NCBI GenBank assembly: GCA_963706795.1
Contig: OY970170.1
Coordinates: 990,001-1,022,000, forward strand
DNA: 32,000 nt
DNA from: Candidatus Saccharimonadota bacterium
GTDB taxonomy: Bacteria; Patescibacteriota; Gracilibacteria; BD1-5; UBA2023
Reading direction: 5' to 3'
Positions within the stretch are counted from its first letter, which is position 1. The number at the start of each line of letters is the position of its first letter. Made by a program: the position numbers and the translations under genes. Below, one piece after another: positions 29,601-32,000 of this stretch. A model generated the notes under the pieces. That model worked only from the letters and a program-made list of their open reading frames with translations, ran no database searches and had not been told where the DNA came from.

Positions 29601-32000
29601 CTACGGAATTTTAGGAATTCTTGCTTCAAAATTTTGGATTGCAGCTCTCATCTGAAGCTGAATAGCTTTGTTTAAAACGCTATCGGAAAGAAATGATCTG
29701 AAATATGTGATCATCTCATGAATATCGAATGATTCCTCGTGAAACATTAAATGCTTGATAAGCATTTCTATGACATAACCGTGATCATCTTCTCTTCAGT
29801 TATGAGTCTCTAGTAGTGTTTTTATGAGATTGCGTGTCTCCTGGATAGTGAAATGACAAGCCTCGAGGTTCTTGGGCGATCTGAGGTATCGTATTGTATT
29901 AGTGAGATTCTCTCCGGAAGTTACTATATCAATAATCTCATGTGCGGTATAATCACGCCGAGGTTCGGGTAATTTTTTGTTTATAGGGGTATCGATGTGG
30001 CTTTGATGCACTGATGACGCATCAGTGAAATATAGCTCATTGTACATCTCAGGTGTGAGATATACAATAGCAGATTTCCCTGTGTCCTCACGATTGTATA
30101 CGAATACATATTTTCGCTCTTGTCCATCAAATCAAAGCAAATTTAAGAAAAACGAGCCTCTTCAGAAAATTTGGGGCGTTTTCAATTGTCGCACATCGTC
30201 TACATGGACTGGCAATGCGATTGAACCAGTCATGAGATCTTGTAGGATTGATAGATCTCATTTACTTTTTCAGTAAGTGACTGATCTTGATAGATAGGTG
30301 GGTTTTTCCTGGTTAATGGCAACTTCAAGATATCCCTGAGGAGCTATTGTGGCATCTCTCGCTCAGAGTGTTATGTGATTGCTCAAGCTAGTGGCATCAG
30401 GAGACACCTTTACTCCCGAGGAACAGCTGGGAAACCAAGCATTTACGTCGAAGGGTTCATGCTTTTTGTTTGCTCGTTCTTTTGAAATTCCTGACCACTG
30501 TATGCTTTTTTGATGAGATGGAAGTATGCTTCGACTTGCATATAATAGCCCCTCTCAGAGTCCAGTAAACTGATGACCTCATAAACGATTCTCATTCCAG
30601 TATGACAAAGAAATCCTGTTAATCATTGGTGCGTATTCTTCTGCCAATGATACCTTGCCCTTGGGAACAGCTGTTGATATATATGGAGCTCTTCCTGTAA
30701 TTGTTACTATAAGGCTATGTAGGTCGAAATAATGAAGTGCCTCTTCTCAGATTTTTCCCTCCCAGTCGAGTGGATCGGAGCCGAGATATAATGTGGGTTG
30801 AAAATCCCTGCCATACGATGCTGCTAAAAGCAGTATGTCAGAGATAGAAAAATGACTCAGATCTTTTGATTTTTTGCGCGACGGCTCAAGGGAGCAAAAT
30901 GCACACCCAACACTACATCCGTTAGATAATTCAAGCCAGTGGATGTTTTTTAAAAGAGCATCGCCTGTTTGGCGTGACTTTGTGGTATTAAAAATCGAAT
31001 GACTGAAATCGGGTCTTTGCTTTAGCGTATCTTGAAGTATTTGAATGACAGGCTCAGCGCTTAATAAGGACAAAAAAGCTATTCTATCTTTTTGGGGAAT
31101 ATCCCTAAAAATTTGCACCAATTGGGCTATCAATTTTTGACTATCGTCTCATTTTTCAATTGCATCTGTGACCTCCTGATAGGGAATACGGTCATTCTTG
31201 ATTTTATAACTCAAAAGAAGCTTGTTTCTCGAAACGATTACAGATTCTGGAATATCGCTCGACTGATTTCAATAGTAAAAATGAGTTAAAAAGTCAAAAG
31301 TGAGCAATTTCGCCTCTACAATAGGTGAAATGAGTGTCTCAGTGAACAACTTTTCTCTCAGAAAATCCCCGTCTATATCAGGGAAGCTGTCAATTATTCA
31401 ACAAATGAATTTTACAACGTCTGGATGACAAGAAGATCCATCTTTTTCCTTTGTTTTAAGGCTTTCTAGTAATATCTTTTTTTGAGAATCTTGTTTTGTG
31501 CTTGTGTAAGAAAGCGATCGATCTCACAGGGGGTATCCTGTCATCTCTTTAGATGGGATATCTTTTCGGTATATATGTCAGAGAGAGTAGGCTGGTGGAG
31601 TATTAGTGACACTGGGGGCATTCATCTGTGCGAGTATTGCATCGACCGACAGTCTTAAATCATCTGGGGTATCCCGTCTTGCTGTCACCTTTCGTTCTTG
31701 TTGGGCTACTGAGTATTCTGCTGGGATATCCCTTTTTTTCTTTTGCCTCGGGGTTTTTTCTCATAGTAAAATACGCTCAACTGCACCAGATGAATTCATA
31801 CATACTTTCATAACTCCCTCCCGAAAGTCGAGAAAATTAATATCAGACAATGTAGCCTCCTGAGGAGTTCATCATTCAAAAAACTCTACCCTTGTGCTTA
31901 TGGGGCAAGAAATGGGTTTTTCATTTACAGGGAAGGATACTATCCCTGCTGGATGATTCGTTGAGGACCATGTCGGCACAGAAGTGGAAACGATAGATTC
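29601..32000 (-). CDS. Large protein with a radical-SAM-type core (at least 799 aa; N-terminus outside the window)
   Basis: By hand translation, one - strand frame is free of TAA/TAG from base 32000 down to TAG 29601-29603. It contains at least 17 in-frame TGA codons. It has LELSNG-C-SVG-C-AF-C-SLE (CxxxCxxC, about 30895-30920) followed by YLGSDPLDWEG (GGEPL-like). The ~350 aa upstream and ~380 aa downstream of the core have no motif I recognise. Confidence 0.7.

Noticed and set aside
1-32000. TGA read as tryptophan (code 4, Mycoplasma-type) or as selenocysteine.
   Set aside because: TGA sits at invariant Gly positions (G2 box GLGL, VGEIRD, RGxGY, NLIGNA) and alternates with GGT/GGC in the 21-bp repeats. 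TGG Trp codons are used normally at Trp-like positions. The frequency, over 100 sites, is incompatible with selenocysteine.

Overview
This 32 kb window reads TGA as a sense codon, almost certainly glycine (translation table 25 type). That is consistent with a Gracilibacteria/Absconditabacteria-like CPR lineage, though the taxon is inference. Nearly every break in the supplied ORF track is an in-frame TGA. Joining the fragments gives about 27 tightly packed CDSs, all ending in TAA or TAG.

Gene order:
- + strand: ftsA (3' part), ftsZ, a heptad-repeat coiled-coil protein, a DnaQ-exonuclease/DinG-helicase fusion, then a type IV pilus-like operon (two unknown bitopic membrane proteins, a short PilB/GspE ATPase, PilC).
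- A 386-aa Cys-rich type IV pilin on the - strand converges on that operon.
- Two hypothetical genes follow. After them comes a convergent intergenic region with two adjacent ~100-nt hairpins that have perfect 19-20 bp stems.
- - strand operon: dnaA, hypothetical, CYTH protein, rsmI, with no dnaN.
- Two small hypotheticals, a DEAD-box helicase and two hypotheticals (one GNAT-like with a Cys4 insert).
- Two convergent two-component systems: a multi-TM histidine kinase plus OmpR-type regulator on +; a receiver with a Cys tail, a FIST-PAS histidine kinase and an OmpR-type regulator on -.
- A polytopic membrane protein, a secreted SLH-anchored esterase, and a radical-SAM-motif ORF of at least 800 codons running off the right edge.

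I recognised no rRNA, tRNA, CRISPR array, transposase or prophage gene. All coordinates and translations were worked out by hand from the sequence. No database search was possible.
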